Positions 39,172 to 51,712 of a stretch of DNA of 64,000 bases are shown one piece after another (within the stretch, counting starts at the first letter, position 1; each line of letters starts with the position of its first letter). The notes beneath the pieces are model-generated. The model did no database searches. It had not been told where the DNA came from and worked only from the letters and a program-made list of their open reading frames with translations. The stretch lies in assembly GCA_976551045.1 (NCBI GenBank), contig CDPCPM010000005.1:21452001-21516000 (forward strand), given 5' to 3'. The stretch is from Glaucostegus cemiculus. Lineage: Eukaryota. Made by a program: the position numbers and the translations under genes.

Positions 39172-41060
39172 GTAAATTGGTTTATTATTATCACATGTAC
39201 TGAGGTACAGTGAAAAACTTGTCTTGCTTACTGTTCATACAAATCAATTCATTGTAACAGCGCATTGAGGTAGTACAAGGTAAAACAATAACAGGGTGCC
39301 AAGAAAAGTACTACAGCTACAGAGAAATTGCAGTGCAGGCTGACAATAAGGTGCAAGGTCATAACGAGAATAGACTGTGAGGTCAAGAGTTCACCAATTT
39401 ATCATTTAATGTGGCTTCAGTCAATAAATATGAGTGAACATTATTAATGTATTAAATATTTTTGAATCAGAATGCTAATTGTTAATTTTGCTGCAGTTGA
39501 TTTTTGTAGAACATTGGATGACATGGAGTCAAATTTTGGTATTGGCCATTAATTAAGGTCCTCCATAGGGTCAGGCTCCAAGAATAACACATCAAGCAAG
39601 TGGATGGTTAAGGTTACCCAAGAAATCCCATTGGGTTGACTATCAGAAGATCCAAAGGAGGTCAGAATGGTGCCATCCCTAGGCTGAGAGGAGCAGATGG
39701 AACCATTCAATAGTCTTATAACAGTGGGATAGAAGTTGTCTTTGAGACTGGTGGTGTGTGCTTTCAGGCTTTTGTATCTTCTGCCAAATGGGAGAGGGGA
39801 GAGGAGAGAATGTCTAGGTGGGTGGAGTCTTTGATTATGCTGGCTGCTTTATGGAGGCAGCGAGAAGTGTAGACAGAGTCTATGGAAGGGAGGCTGGTTT
39901 CCGTGATGTGCTGAGCTGTGTCCACAACTCCCTGCAGTTTCTTGTGGTCACGGGCAGAGCAGTTGGCATACAAAGCCGTGATACATCCAGTTAGGATACT
40001 TTCCATGGTGCATTGATAAAAATCAGTGAGGGTCAAAGGGGACATGCCAAATTTCTTTAGCCTCCTGAGGAAGTAGAGGCACTGGTGAGCTTTGTTGGCT
40101 GTGGCGTCTACATGGTTGGACCAGGACAGGCTATTAGTGATGTTCCCTCCTAGGATCTTGAAGCTCTCAACCCTTTTGACCTCAGTACCGTTGAGGTAAG
40201 ACAGGAGGATGTGCACCTCCCTCCTTCCTGAAGTCAATGACCAGCTCTTTTGTTATGCTGACATTGAGGGAAAGGTTGTTGTCATGACACCATATCACTA
40301 GACTCTCTATCTCCTTCCTGTACTCTGACTCATCATTATTTGAGATACAGCCCACTATAGTGGTATCATCTGCAAACTTGCAGGAGTTAGAGCAGAATCT
40401 GCCCATGCAGTTGTGGGTATATAGGGAGTAGAGTAGGGGGCTGAGGTTGCAGCCTTGTGGGGTACCAGTGTTGAGGCTTATCGTGGTGGAGGTGTTGCTA
40501 CCTATCCTTACTGATTGCGCTCTGTTGGTCACGAAGTCAAAGATCTAGTTGCAGAGGGAGTGTTGAGTTGCAGGTCTCGGAGTCTGGTGATGAGTTTGCT
40601 TGAAATTATAGTATTGAAGGTGGAGCTGTAGTGAATAAACAATAGTCTAACGTAGGTGTCTTTACCGTCCAGATGCTCCAGAGATGAGTATAGGGCCAGG
40701 GAGATGGCATCTGCCATAGACCTGTTTCAGCGGTAGGCAAATTGCAGTGGGTTGAGCTTGTCTGGGAGGCTGGAGTTAATGCATGCTATGACCAGCCTCT
40801 TGAAGCGTTTCATGATGATGGGTGTCAGAGCCACCAGGCAGTAGTCATTAAGACATATTACCTTGTTTTTCTTAGGTGCCAGGATGATAGTGGTCTTAAA
40901 GCAGGTGGGAACCTCATATTGAAGCAGGGAGAGGTTAAAAATGTCTGCAAATGCCCCCATCAGCTGATCAGCACAGGATCTGAGGACACGGCCAGGGACA
41001 CCATCTGGCCAGGTCCTTTCCGTGGGTTCACTCTCCGGAAGACTGATTTACATCCACAAT
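39172..41060 (-). mobile_element. 5'-truncated Rex1/Babar-like LINE with a frameshifted RT pseudogene
   Basis: Consecutive minus ORFs 40727-40960 (IFNLSL..EVPTCFK..LNDYCLVALTPIIMKRFKRLV..LQFAYR), 40529-40717 ([15 protein letters not shown]), 40182-40532 (TGTPQGCNLSPLLYSLYT..KFADDTTIVG) and 39764-40237 (LYFLRRLKKFGMSP..MESILTGCIT). The 3' end reads aataaaccaatttac. Confidence 0.92.
39395..39700 (-). repeat. Right arm of the 306-bp inverted duplication, inside a LINE 3' region
   Basis: caatttatcatttaatgtggcttcag...aggctgagaggagcagatgg is the reverse complement of 38218-38523, flanked on both sides by LINE sequence. Confidence 0.95.
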
Positions 41061-43971
41061 GATGACTGCGGGTTCAAGTAGTCCACTGGACAGACTAAGC
41101 ACTGGCTCAGTGGTCATATTTCTACCTGTTAAGCGTGTGCAAATATGAAGGAAGTTTGAAGATTAGAATTTTGACAATCAGAAAAGGTTTTGTGCGTAGG
41201 AATTCCAGCATATGTAAGTAATTTGGTATCTGAGAATTCCATTGATGGTAGATAAATAAGTCGGAATCTTAAGAATGCAGATGGATAGGCAATGAATTGG
41301 TACTGAGACATTCAATTCAATACTCACATCAAAACCTTGCCCGGACTTGATTTGCCACAAAGGTGAACAGTGGATGAATGTGAAATGTTCAACTATTTTT
41401 ATTTTGTTTATGGGTGTAATCATGCATGACAACTGGTAGATAATTAATAGGCAATATTATCAAGATGAATTGGGCAGCAGAATTGCATGGTTGCAACCTA
41501 ATTAAGGGGTTAAATGTCAATATATAACATAAGAAGGAAGTCTGGGTATTTCCTCCCAAGATGTCTTTCACATTACTATTATTAATCTGTTTGAAGGACA
41601 AACAGTACAGTGTGTTGATCTTCCCATTTCTGCCTCTGTGTTTTAGCATATTGTTTAAATTCAGGGATTTTTGCATATGTTTCACAGTAAGAGCAACGTT
41701 CTCCAGCACATTATAAGTCTCCTGTTGATGGATAAAAGGAGTCCATTAGTAAGAGTGACAAATGGGAAGCAAAAGCTATTTTCCTTTGTTATAATTTTCT
41801 TTTACTGCCTTTTGTGCTGTATAGTTCAATAACTTACCAAGTAGGCCTCTATAACTCACCACGTATGCCATTCTTCATTGGTGTGGCGGCAGGCTATTTG
41901 ATTATGGATGCATTGTAGTTAAGCCCAAACGTCACCTCCTGCAGTATGTGCTCATGGATACCAAGGGTTCCTGAAGGGCAAGTGGAATCCCTTGCCACTT
42001 TTTTGTCTCATATTCAGGAGCACTTGAGAATAAATCTTGTACCTCCATGGCCTTCCTGTATAAGATCAACTGCTCAGAGAACCAGTGTAAAGCTTTTGTG
42101 TTGTTCTGGCTCAATACAGCACCACACAGCACAATTACTCATCAGTGGACCCTCTACTAGTTTTGAAGCGATTTCCTTTTAATCTCTAGTGAATTTCTAA
42201 AGTAAACTGACAGCTGAGTATAATCCAGTCTGACATTCAGAGATGGGCATGAAAAGTTTTTGTGATGTTACCGGAGGTTTACAAATAAATTGCAGCAGTT
42301 AGAGGGATACTGTGTCCAGTATGATATTATAACCTTATATCCACTGAACCTTAGTTCAAGGTCACAGCTGATGTGTTCAGATTGGATTAGAAGACTTCAC
42401 TTTTTGCAACTTTTTGATAAAACTACCAGTGGAATTTCTATGGCCTTAAAATTATGCCCTGGGATTTGATGGTCAAACTCTAATGCATTCCTCTTAATTT
42501 ACTCTTGCAATTACATCAGTGAAAGGTCCTAGTGAATATTTAAGCATACATTCTTTCTTTCTAGTTTACGTAGCTTTAAAGGCTCATGTAAAATAATGGA
42601 AAGGCTAATTTTGGTTAAACTGTATTATTCCATTAAAAGAATGGCTCTGTATGGTTATTGAGTGGGTCCTTATGAAAGGACCAGTAGTGAGCTGTTTCTA
42701 CACCAATTGCTTCTCTCCTCTGCTACCACTACAGCACACCTCCATCCCACTACCATTTCTAACATCCTTTTCCAATCCATTTCCTTTTGTTGCTGCAGCA
42801 TCAAAGCGACATATTTCATTTATACAACTGCATAATGAGCATTGAAAGACTGTTGAACCAGAGGCTTACTAGCAGGAGTTGCTGATAACAACTGGGAGGA
42901 GGCAGAGTCCATCTAAAAGTAATTTGCTTACAAATGCAAACACATGGCCTTTTCTTGCCACAATGTTACACAATGGAAAATTAGCTTTTATCCAGCATAA
43001 AATCTGAGAAAAACCATTTCTGGCTCATTTTGTTCCACTGGAAATTTGATGGACTCTTTCAGAAATGAATCTGTACATGGCCCACACCTGCAACAAATTT
43101 TTCAGAGCACTGTGGCCGTTGCTGTCCTGGGCACTCCTAGGAGAAACTGATCTCCCCAGCACTGGTCTAGTCTGGGAATACACGAGTCAGTCTGTTGCTT
43201 ATCTTACCTCCTTCGAATCATTCACCTACTCCTCCCCCCACCCTCCCATGCTCTACCCACCAGTCTGTCTCAGCTCTGCAATCTTCTGAATCCCAGCCTT
43301 TCACCTCTCCAAACTACCATCCCGTGTTCTGCTGAGGTGACTAATGGAGGCCTCAATCTCATCCACCATCCCCCGTCACTAACTCTATCCTTTTTGCAAT
43401 CCTTCTTTCTCTGCTCACTTTCCTTCTTTAAGACTGGCTCTCTCCATGACCCCCAATACTCTGATGCTTCTCCTGACTCCAACTCCCCACCACTCCCAAC
43501 CATCCCGTGGTTCACAGCACAGTTCTGATTGGGCCTCGGTACCCACTATCCTGACTGGGGACCGACAACTGGGGTGGGGAGGACGCATTTTCAATTAAAA
43601 TGCAACATCCATTCTGTGGCCCATGGGCTCAGGCTGAACTAACAGTTGTACTTCAGCCCGGCAACTAACTGCTCTGCAAATATTCATCTAGTGCTACTTT
43701 TAGCTGCAGTGGAATTTCTAGGCCAGTCTATTTTAAAAGAAAGCATGTCCAAACCTAGTTTTACAAATGATTTTTGCAACAGTAAAGAATATTGAACAAC
43801 ACCTACTCTGTAGGAGCTGATGCTGATTTTATTTTTATGCTCGAGTTATGGTGAGGATGACAAGACTAGATTTACTGACATGCCTACCTGACTGACCTTC
43901 CACCTAAATGCTGTAGATGTGATGATGACTCTCACAAGGGTGTTAGGCAGGGAATTCCAGAATTTTGATTA

Positions 43972-44097
43972 ACAAAGGAACTCAGCAGGTCAAGCAGCAT
44001 CTGTGGGAGGTAAGGAATTGTCAATATTTCAGGTCGAAACCCTGCATCAGGTTTGTTTGTTGCTTCGGATTCCAGCATCTGCAGTCTCTTGTGTCGC
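43972..44097 (-). mobile_element. Penelope-type terminal repeat fragment
   Basis: ggaactcagcaggtcaagcagcatctgtgggagg...tttcaggtcgaaaccctgcatcagg, followed by an opposite-orientation end, ttccagcatctgcagtctcttgtgtc. Confidence 0.7.
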
Positions 44098-44162
44098 CAG
44101 AATGTTGGTCATGTGATAAGATACAGCCATAATGATGTTCAATTTAGCAAAGCTATCGATCG

Positions 44163-44605
44163 TCCCAGGAGTTGGGATATTTCCAGGCAGTAGTAATCTT
44201 CTCAGGTAGTCCTAGAACATGTGAATAGTTCCAGGGAGTGGTAATATTCCAAGGGGCTGATAATATTTCCAGTGTATGTTGATTTTCCCAGGAGGTGGTA
44301 ATACTTCTGGGTGTGCTGGTAGTGCCAGGAGAGGGGATATTCCCTAGTCATAGAGTTATACAGCACGGAAACAGGCCCTTCGGCCCAACTGGTCCATGTC
44401 GACCAAGATGCCCTATCCAAACTTCTGGCGATGTTCCCAGGAAGTGCGAATCTATCTGGGGTGGTGATAGTCTAAGGAGGTAAGAATATTCCCAGTGGAA
44501 TATTTCCACCCCATGGCACCATCACCACTCCCTGGGAATATCATCATCTCTTGACGCTACCACTAGGCCCTGGATATATTACATACGTCTGGGAATATCT
44601 TCTTG
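44163..44605. repeat. Degenerate ~19-bp minisatellite with an orientation switch (foldback-like)
   Basis: Left units such as tccagggagtggtaatat and tcccaggaggtggtaatac; right units such as atcaccactccctggga and tgggaatatcatcatctct; centre aatattcc-cagt-ggaatatt at 44485-44504. Confidence 0.65.
44345..44422 (-). mobile_element. Short CR1-like 3' tail inserted in the minisatellite
   Basis: agtcatagagttatacagcacggaaacaggcccttcggcccaactggtccatg. Confidence 0.8.
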
Positions 44606-45019
44606 ACTACAGCCACCCACATTTCAAATCAATCCCCCCACACAGCATCAAACCTCACCATCCTTTAATGCAAAGAAAATGGGTTATAGCTAAGGTCTAA
44701 CATTATAGTTAAGGTCTAACATAATATTGCTGATGTTGATGTGCAGACCACAGGATTGCATTATGTCCACAAAAAGGATACGGTACTTTGTTCGAGTTAA
44801 ACCTGGTAAAAATAATTATGCAGAGCTGAAGCCAGAGAAGTCAGTGGGGGAATGGGAGTTACAGGAGATGGCCATTTAAATAACCACTTAATCGATGTTT
44901 GGATATAAAGATCATAATTTTAAAATTGCCTTGTGAGGCAAAAGTTGAGGGTTTGGTAAACCATAAGAAGGCTGTAAAAGGACCTAGCCAATTTCATGCC
45001 ATGGCACTCAGGTGGCAGC

Positions 45020-45388
45020 AATACATTAGAAGTGTGAGGGGTATAGACGTGGTAGTGCAGGTATCTTTCCACCATATCAGAGGGGAATAAAACTAAGGGG
45101 ATATAGATTTAGGGTAAAGGGTAGGAGAGTTAGAGGGGATCTGAGGGGGACTTTTTTTTATACAGAGTGGTGAGTACTTGGAATGTACTGCTGGAGGAAG
45201 TGGTGGAAGCATTGTCGCTAACAGTATTTACGAAGTGTCAAGATGAGCATTTGAATCACCTGGGCTCTGAAGGCTATGGGCCAAGTGCTGGAAGATGGAT
45301 TAATATGGATAGGTGCCCACTGGCCGTTGTGGACGTGGTAGGCCAAATGGCCTGTTTTCATGCTGTAAAGCTCTATGACTCTATGATC
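45020..45388 (+). mobile_element. CR1-like LINE 3' end
   Basis: ORF 45167-45394 reads VVSTWNVLLEEVVEALSLTVFTKCQDEHLN..EGYGPSAGRW; tail ctctatgactctatga. Confidence 0.85.
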
Positions 45389-46322
45389 ATGTAGCAGGAC
45401 TTTGATGGGATTGACTAGAAAAGACCACCTACTCTACAAAGCCTGCCTCAGACACCCCTGATGCCTCGAGTAATACCCCACCCCTATCAGGTAGTCTTCT
45501 ACAAGAAATACCTATGCAGGTGCTTTAAAAATGTTAGCATGACTTTTATATCTTAGGAGATGTTAAAACCCCACCAGAGCTTTTTACACAGACCACTGCT
45601 TACCAGGCACGCAGCAACAGTGTTCATTAACAGCTCGATGGGATGCCATAGAGATGAGGGAAAGGGGAGTTGGGGGAGGGTGGGGAGAAAATTGAGGAGG
45701 GAAGGGAGAAATGAGGATGGGGATAGAAGAGAGGGAAACCGAGGGTTCAAATGGTGCATTAGTGAAGCTCTGAGCAAAGAGGTGATAAACCACATCCTCA
45801 ATGTGAGGCACAGTGTCATGATCACATGATCAGAGTGGGGATGAGCTGGAGACCACAACCCCATCCCTTGCTGGTAGCTGATGTCTTTATTAAAATAAAA
45901 CTCAGATGGAACAGTGACTGCTTCATTAGATAGAAAAACAATGTCCTTTCCTTTAAATCACACAGGTTTCATTCCTGTCATTTTGATACCCTCCTCCTCA
46001 CTACAGATGCAGGTCATAATTGTCAGTTTTCTGACCCACCTTGTGTTGTTAAGCAAAATACATGTGGGAAATGACATAAGCATCATTGCGAATCACATTA
46101 GGAAGTGCCCTGTCCAACTTTCCAGTGGGTTGAATTTCACCAGGAAATGTATGCAAACACCACAAAGTGCTTACAGAATCACATGCTACAAATTATTAAT
46201 ACCAAAAAAGGGCTGCAAATTATTTTTTTATATTTCAGTTACTGGGCAGGTGAATTTCCATAGCCCCTCTAGAATTGGACATGGCATTTTAATTGATAAG
46301 AAGTTAATTGTAAAATATTAGT

Positions 46323-46500
46323 ATCAGAATCAGAATCAGAATCAGTTTTATTGTCACAACCATATACATACATGGTACGCATAGGAGCGAGATACCGTCC
46401 TCCACAGGAACACGTCTCATAGAAAAGAATAACATAACAACCAACAGAGAGACACATACACACTTGGCAGAATACACAGTACAAAACATTACCCATTAGT
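46323..46500 (-). mobile_element. Short LINE 3' UTR fragment with an (ATTCTG)n tail
   Basis: The minus strand ends gacaataaaactgattctgattctgattctgat. Shares cctgtggag.acggtatctcgctcctatgc with 63432-63520. Confidence 0.75.
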
Positions 46501-47774
46501 TCTTACATAAATAGATCTTAAAGTGAACGGGCTGGTGTCAGGCATTTAAAGTGCTGGTGCATTTCTGTGCACCTAGCATCAATTCAGCATCATCACTATG
46601 AATCAGTGGTCTTTTGTGCCATCCAATGCCCCTTTACGTTGCCATTTTACGGGCTCTCAATCTGCTGCAGCATTTTAATAAACACACTTGGTGCCACTCC
46701 AATTCAGAGGGAACTCAGGTTTTCCAAAGCTCAACCAACAGTATAGTGCAAACTATACTGGCATTGACCACCCTCCGGCTGAGTGCTAAAACCTCACAAA
46801 CAGACAAACGATAGAATTAAAGGTGTTATGAGTACGATGGATCAGCAAAAATGCATGTGGCTAGAAACTATCTCAATTGTCATTGTAACCCCATATATAA
46901 AACGGCCCACAATTTAAAATATCACAGTTGCTTCAGCTAGATGTGGGTCTGCAGTGAGGTGTAAATATGTAATTACATGATGATGGGGTTATAAAAATGC
47001 ATAAACTTATCAACAACGATCAATTGCAAAGATAATTCCTCTGAGAGGAATGTGAGTTCACATTGCAAAGGTGTAAGGATGAAAGTGTGACTCGCTCAGC
47101 TTGAACCATCCAAGTTCAACACTTCATTGTTCTGAACGCAACTGGTCTATTTGAACTATATATTCTTGTATCAAAGTAACCTAATAATATTTTTATAATT
47201 AATTGTTTGAGGATATAGTGTGCACCAACAGAGTGCCTCTTCTCATGCAAGGGGTAATGTTTAACAGGAATGCATGGACACATTGACACGTACCATTGAA
47301 TATAATGTGTTCCTTAAAGACTGGTAATATGTAATGTATCCATGGGGACTTTTTGGGAGGGCTTGTCTAATGAATCATGAATATATCTCTATATGTCTGT
47401 GTATTTGCCAGGTTTGGCTTCTTTCATACATGAAAATCAATTAAACTGATCTTTTTAACAAATGGAATGTTAAAGGAAAACTGAAGGTCAGGATCCCATG
47501 TGATCTAGTTTATCACATCATTGTATACTTCAAGGATACAAAATAAAATTCAGTTGATGAAACTGTTATCATGGTTGGTATCATTCTTTGAACACATGCA
47601 ACGGGTTTTGAGGAACTCTATTAGGATATAATTCCATGCCTTTGATACATACATTACAAAAAGTTACAGAACACTTAAACTAAATATAAATCAAAGGCAA
47701 AAACTGAAAAAAGGCAAAAAAACAAAAGTTAAATCTGAGGACAACATTTTGCCTATGTCTTTGAAAAGATCCTC

Positions 47775-47942
47775 AACTTAACATTTCAGGTCAATCACCT
47801 TTTGTCAGAATGATTCTGAAAATAGGTCACTAAACTGAAACGTTAACTTGCTTCTCTCCACTCAGATGTTGAATGTCTGCTGAGTATTTCTAGCATTTTC
47901 CATTTTTATTTCAGATTCACATCATCTGCAGTATATTATTTT
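47775..47942. mobile_element. Second palindromic Penelope-type terminal repeat pair (older)
   Basis: ttaacatttcaggtcaatcaccttttgtcagaat-g-attctgaaaataggtcactaaactgaaacgttaa, then ctgctgagtatttctagcatttt. Confidence 0.65.
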
Positions 47943-49339
47943 TGTATCCAGGATGGTGACACCTGTTCTTTTTTCATTTGTAGGCTAGCCAGTGAGTAAT
48001 GAGAATGATGTACTATTCTGGAAAAGGCAGCCATAGACATAAAGGAAATGTTTGGGTTGAGACTAATAACTGAAAAGAGTGACATAAATCCACTTAAATC
48101 ATATTGTGAGCTCTTCTCACAGTTTAGACAGAGCTGTATTAAAGAATATTTCAAAACCTGTACAATAAATGAGGAGAGGTCTACTGGTATAGAATTACAT
48201 CAGAATATTGGCTTTTATAAGTTTAATTTATTTGAGTGAGCATTTCAGTTACTCTCTTGGTATATTTATTCAGCATTTTATTGATAGCTACACAGCTATG
48301 ATATTTTATTTAGTAATAGGCTGTCGAGAAATGCAAAACTGAGCAGACTTCAAAGCGGAACCTCAAAGGAAAACCCCAAAGGAAAACGTGTTTGAAATAA
48401 TCATTATGCAATGATCTTAGATTTAGTTTCTTTATTTTATAAAATCAGCAGTAATAAAAATTATATTAATTTTTCCCCTTTTCATTCTTGCATTGTAGAG
48501 AGAAAAAGTGTTCAGCAGGCTCCTAGCATCCTTTGGGATAACATGCAGCTGTTTCTAAATCCTCCACCTCCATGACCTCCACCTGCAGTTCTGGGTCACT
48601 TGGCAGAGGATGTTTGCTCTCGCAGGCTATTCTTAATTTCTGCCTGCTCTGTGTAATTTCTCTCAAGAATCTAAGTTATTTTGGATCACCTTAGGTAGTA
48701 GGGTGTACTAACCCAAATTAGATTTGGTTCAGTTTATATGCTCCATTTAATAGTTGGGTTGGGCTCAGTCGAATAATTTTGCTGATTTTTATTTTAAAAA
48801 TAAAAGCAACATTGATTCTTATTTTGAAAAAAAAAGTGCTATTTTCAGTGGATTTGTGATCATAGATCAACCTCTGCCTCCCTCGAAATTAACCAGTGAC
48901 TTAGATGTAGAACTAGGTGCCAGAGTGGTTTAGAAGCACTCATTCCAACCAATAGACTTAGGTTTATATTAACCCAGACTGATAGTGTGGCTTACCCCCC
49001 CCCCCCCCCGGGTTCTTCAGTAAAATAAATTTGTTGCAGTCTCAAGCAGGCACTTCCGTAAGTATGAAACTACAAGTAACTTATTGTAAGCTCCCCTTTT
49101 ATCTTCTAGCTCTCTGCACTGATAATAGAAGCTTTATGGAATGGTAAGGAGAGGACCGTGTCTACCATTGATTGGCGTTGCAAAGCCCCACAATTCTATT
49201 CAAATATCTTAGGTGGGGTATTAGAATATGCTTAAAATGTTGTTCTCTCTTTCCTAAAGGGTCTCACTCTTAAAATCATACTTACATAACTTTTACCTCC
49301 CATATCCTTTTCATTCCTCCATTATCTCAAAACTGTGTA

Positions 49340-50345
49340 ACTATTTGGTCAGTGGTTTCCATTCACTCCACCTCATTTCTTGTCCCTCTATTTTCAGCCC
49401 TACTCCTGGACAGAACAAGAGCAGAGTTCTCCTTGTCCTTATCTTCCACCTCCCCAGCCTCCCCAATCAATTGATCTACTTTGCATTTTCTGCCATCTCC
49501 AATAAGATTCCACACTAAATGCATATTTCCTTCCCTTCCTCTTTCATCATTTCAAGGAGAGCACTTCCTTTGCAACTCCCTAGTCTGCTCTTCTGTCCCT
49601 GTCTGCCATTCCCCATCTTATGGCACTTTCCCTTGAAAACAGTGGAGATGCAACATCTCTCCTTTCACCTCTTCCGAATATCCAGGACCCAAACAGTCTT
49701 TCTGGGTGAAGCAACATTTCACTTGCACTTCTTCCAATCTACTGTACTGCATTTGGTGCTCACAATGTGGTCTCCTCTACGCTGAAGAAATCAAACACAG
49801 ATCGGGGGATTGTTTCACGGAACAATTGTTGTCAGTCCAGAGGATTGACCCTGAGCTTCCAGTTGCCTGCCACTTCAATTCTCCATCCCACTCCCATTCT
49901 GACATTTCTGTCTATGACCTCCTGCACTGTTATAACAAAAACTAGAGGACAATACCTCATCTTTTGAGGCAACCTGCTGGAGTCAATATCGAATTCTCTA
50001 ACCTTAGATCACTTACTCACTCTTTGTTTGTATCAGAACTGGAATTCTTTTTTGCCTTCATCATTTTAGGTCAGGTTTTCCTTTTTTTTCCCCTTTTTTC
50101 TTTTATGTTTTCTTTGTCTAATGTATGGCCTGTTGGACATGTCCCACAACTTTACCATTAGCCACACATTAGACAGAGAAGGAAGCTTAATTTAATTTTA
50201 ACTCTCTACAATCTAAACTGACCCTTTTCTTTCTTTCCCAGTTCACATGAAGGGTCTCTGACCTGAAATGTTAACTGTTTCTTCTTCCACAGATGCAGAC
50301 TGACCTGCTATGTGTTTGGCACATTTTATGTTTTTATGTCTGAAA
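49340..50345 (+). mobile_element. Penelope-like element 3' part: GIY-YIG endonuclease pseudogene plus pLTR
   Basis: ORF 49706-49945 (HFTCTSSNLLYCIWCSQCGLLYAEEIKHRSGDCFTEQ...LPVACHFNSPSHSHSD) matches the Penelope GIY-YIG domain (C..SNVVY.I.C..C...YIGET..R...RF.EH). The pLTR motif lies at 50239-50340. Confidence 0.9.
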
Positions 50346-50689
50346 AACAAAACTAGTTTGCTTTAGAAGGTGCTAGGTTGTCCCAATGTCAAGGATTGGA
50401 TATGTCTCTTGTCCTGCCACACTCACTTCAAGGGATAATTAAACATCACCTAGAAGGAGGTTTCATGAACATTGTTATCCTTAGAGAGGACAGCCAATAT
50501 GTGAGTGAACAAAATAAGACTGAAGTGTTTGCAAATACTGCTAATTAACAGTGTGAGGGCTTGATTCAACTTGTTTTACCTGAGATTACAGATGACAGTC
50601 AGCCTATTGAATTCACTCAGTGTATATAAGTGAGTACACCAGATACTGCAAAAGCTGTCAGGGCAGAACAATATCCTGAATGTAGTCCT

Positions 50690-51712
50690 GAAAATTAATG
50701 CTCCAGAACTAGCCATATTTCTGGCCCAACTGTTCCAGTGCAGCTGAATCTGCATTTACCTGACTGATTGGAAAATTACCTGTTCAGGCCTTGAAAGCTA
50801 AAAGCAAGACAAAACCATTCTCACCAATTGCTTCCCACCAGCCAATTCCTGATCAATAAGAAAGTGGTGGAAAGAGTCATTAACATTATCACCAAGTGGT
50901 ACTTGCTCACAATAACCTTCTCCCCGAGGTTAATTCTGGGCTTTGCCGAGGCAGCTTCATCACTCGGTTCATTGCAGCCTGATCCAAATGTGGAGTAGAA
51001 AACTGAATCCCATGTGCAAAGTGAGCATAACTGCCTTTGCCATTGATCAACTGTGTCTTTAATGAGCCCCAGTAAATCTGAAGTCACAGGCAACAAGGGA
51101 ACCGCTGCTGTTGAACTTCCCACCATCAACATCCTGGGTGTCACCATTAATCAGAAACAAAATCAGATCAGCTTCATAAATAGTGTGGTTACAAGAGCAG
51201 GTTAGAAGCTTAATATTCCAATCCAAGTAACTCATCTCATGACTGTCAAAACTTCTCCACCATATACAAGGCCCATCTTGCCTGGATGACTACAGCAACT
51301 ACACAAAACAGGAAACTCAACAGGATAAGTCATTTGATGACCACCTGTTCTGACAGCCTGAACTGGCACACTGTGGCTGTAATGTTTACCACCTACCAGG
51401 TGCAATGCAGCAACTCACCAAGGCTTCTGTGACACTGACTCCCAAGTAAACAACCTTTACCACCCACAAGTAGAAGGGTAAGAAACATGCACATACCAAC
51501 ATCACCATGTTCTCTCAAAGCACACACCTTCCTGGCGAGGAGAAGTAATACCATTCCTTTTTCAGTGCCACATCAATATCCTGTAACAACTTACTTACCT
51601 GACAGTACCTTAGGAATAAATTCAGTACAAGAACTGCAATGGTTCGCGGTCACCACCAACTTCTGTTGGAAATTAGGGGTGCTCAATGAATGTCAGCAAT
51701 GCCCACATCTTT
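50690..51712 (+). mobile_element. Old, internally deleted non-LTR retrotransposon relic (CR1/L2 group)
   Basis: ccaccatcaacatcctgggtgtcaccattaatcagaaac (TINILGVTINQK) and accatatacaaggccca (TIYKA). The 3' end aattaggggtgctcaatgaatg...caatgcccacatc resembles the SINE tail near 19495. Confidence 0.55.

Noticed and set aside
39764-40960. The longest ORFs read as host genes
   Set aside because: They are frameshifted pieces of one LINE reverse transcriptase.
45560-45870. Gly/Arg/Glu-rich ORF, or a Harbinger transposase fragment
   Set aside because: Explained by a purine-rich low-complexity tract; the resemblance to a transposase is too weak to call.
45914-46321. 135-aa ORF
   Set aside because: No recognisable domain, a non-ATG start, and a composition typical of random AT-rich ORFs.
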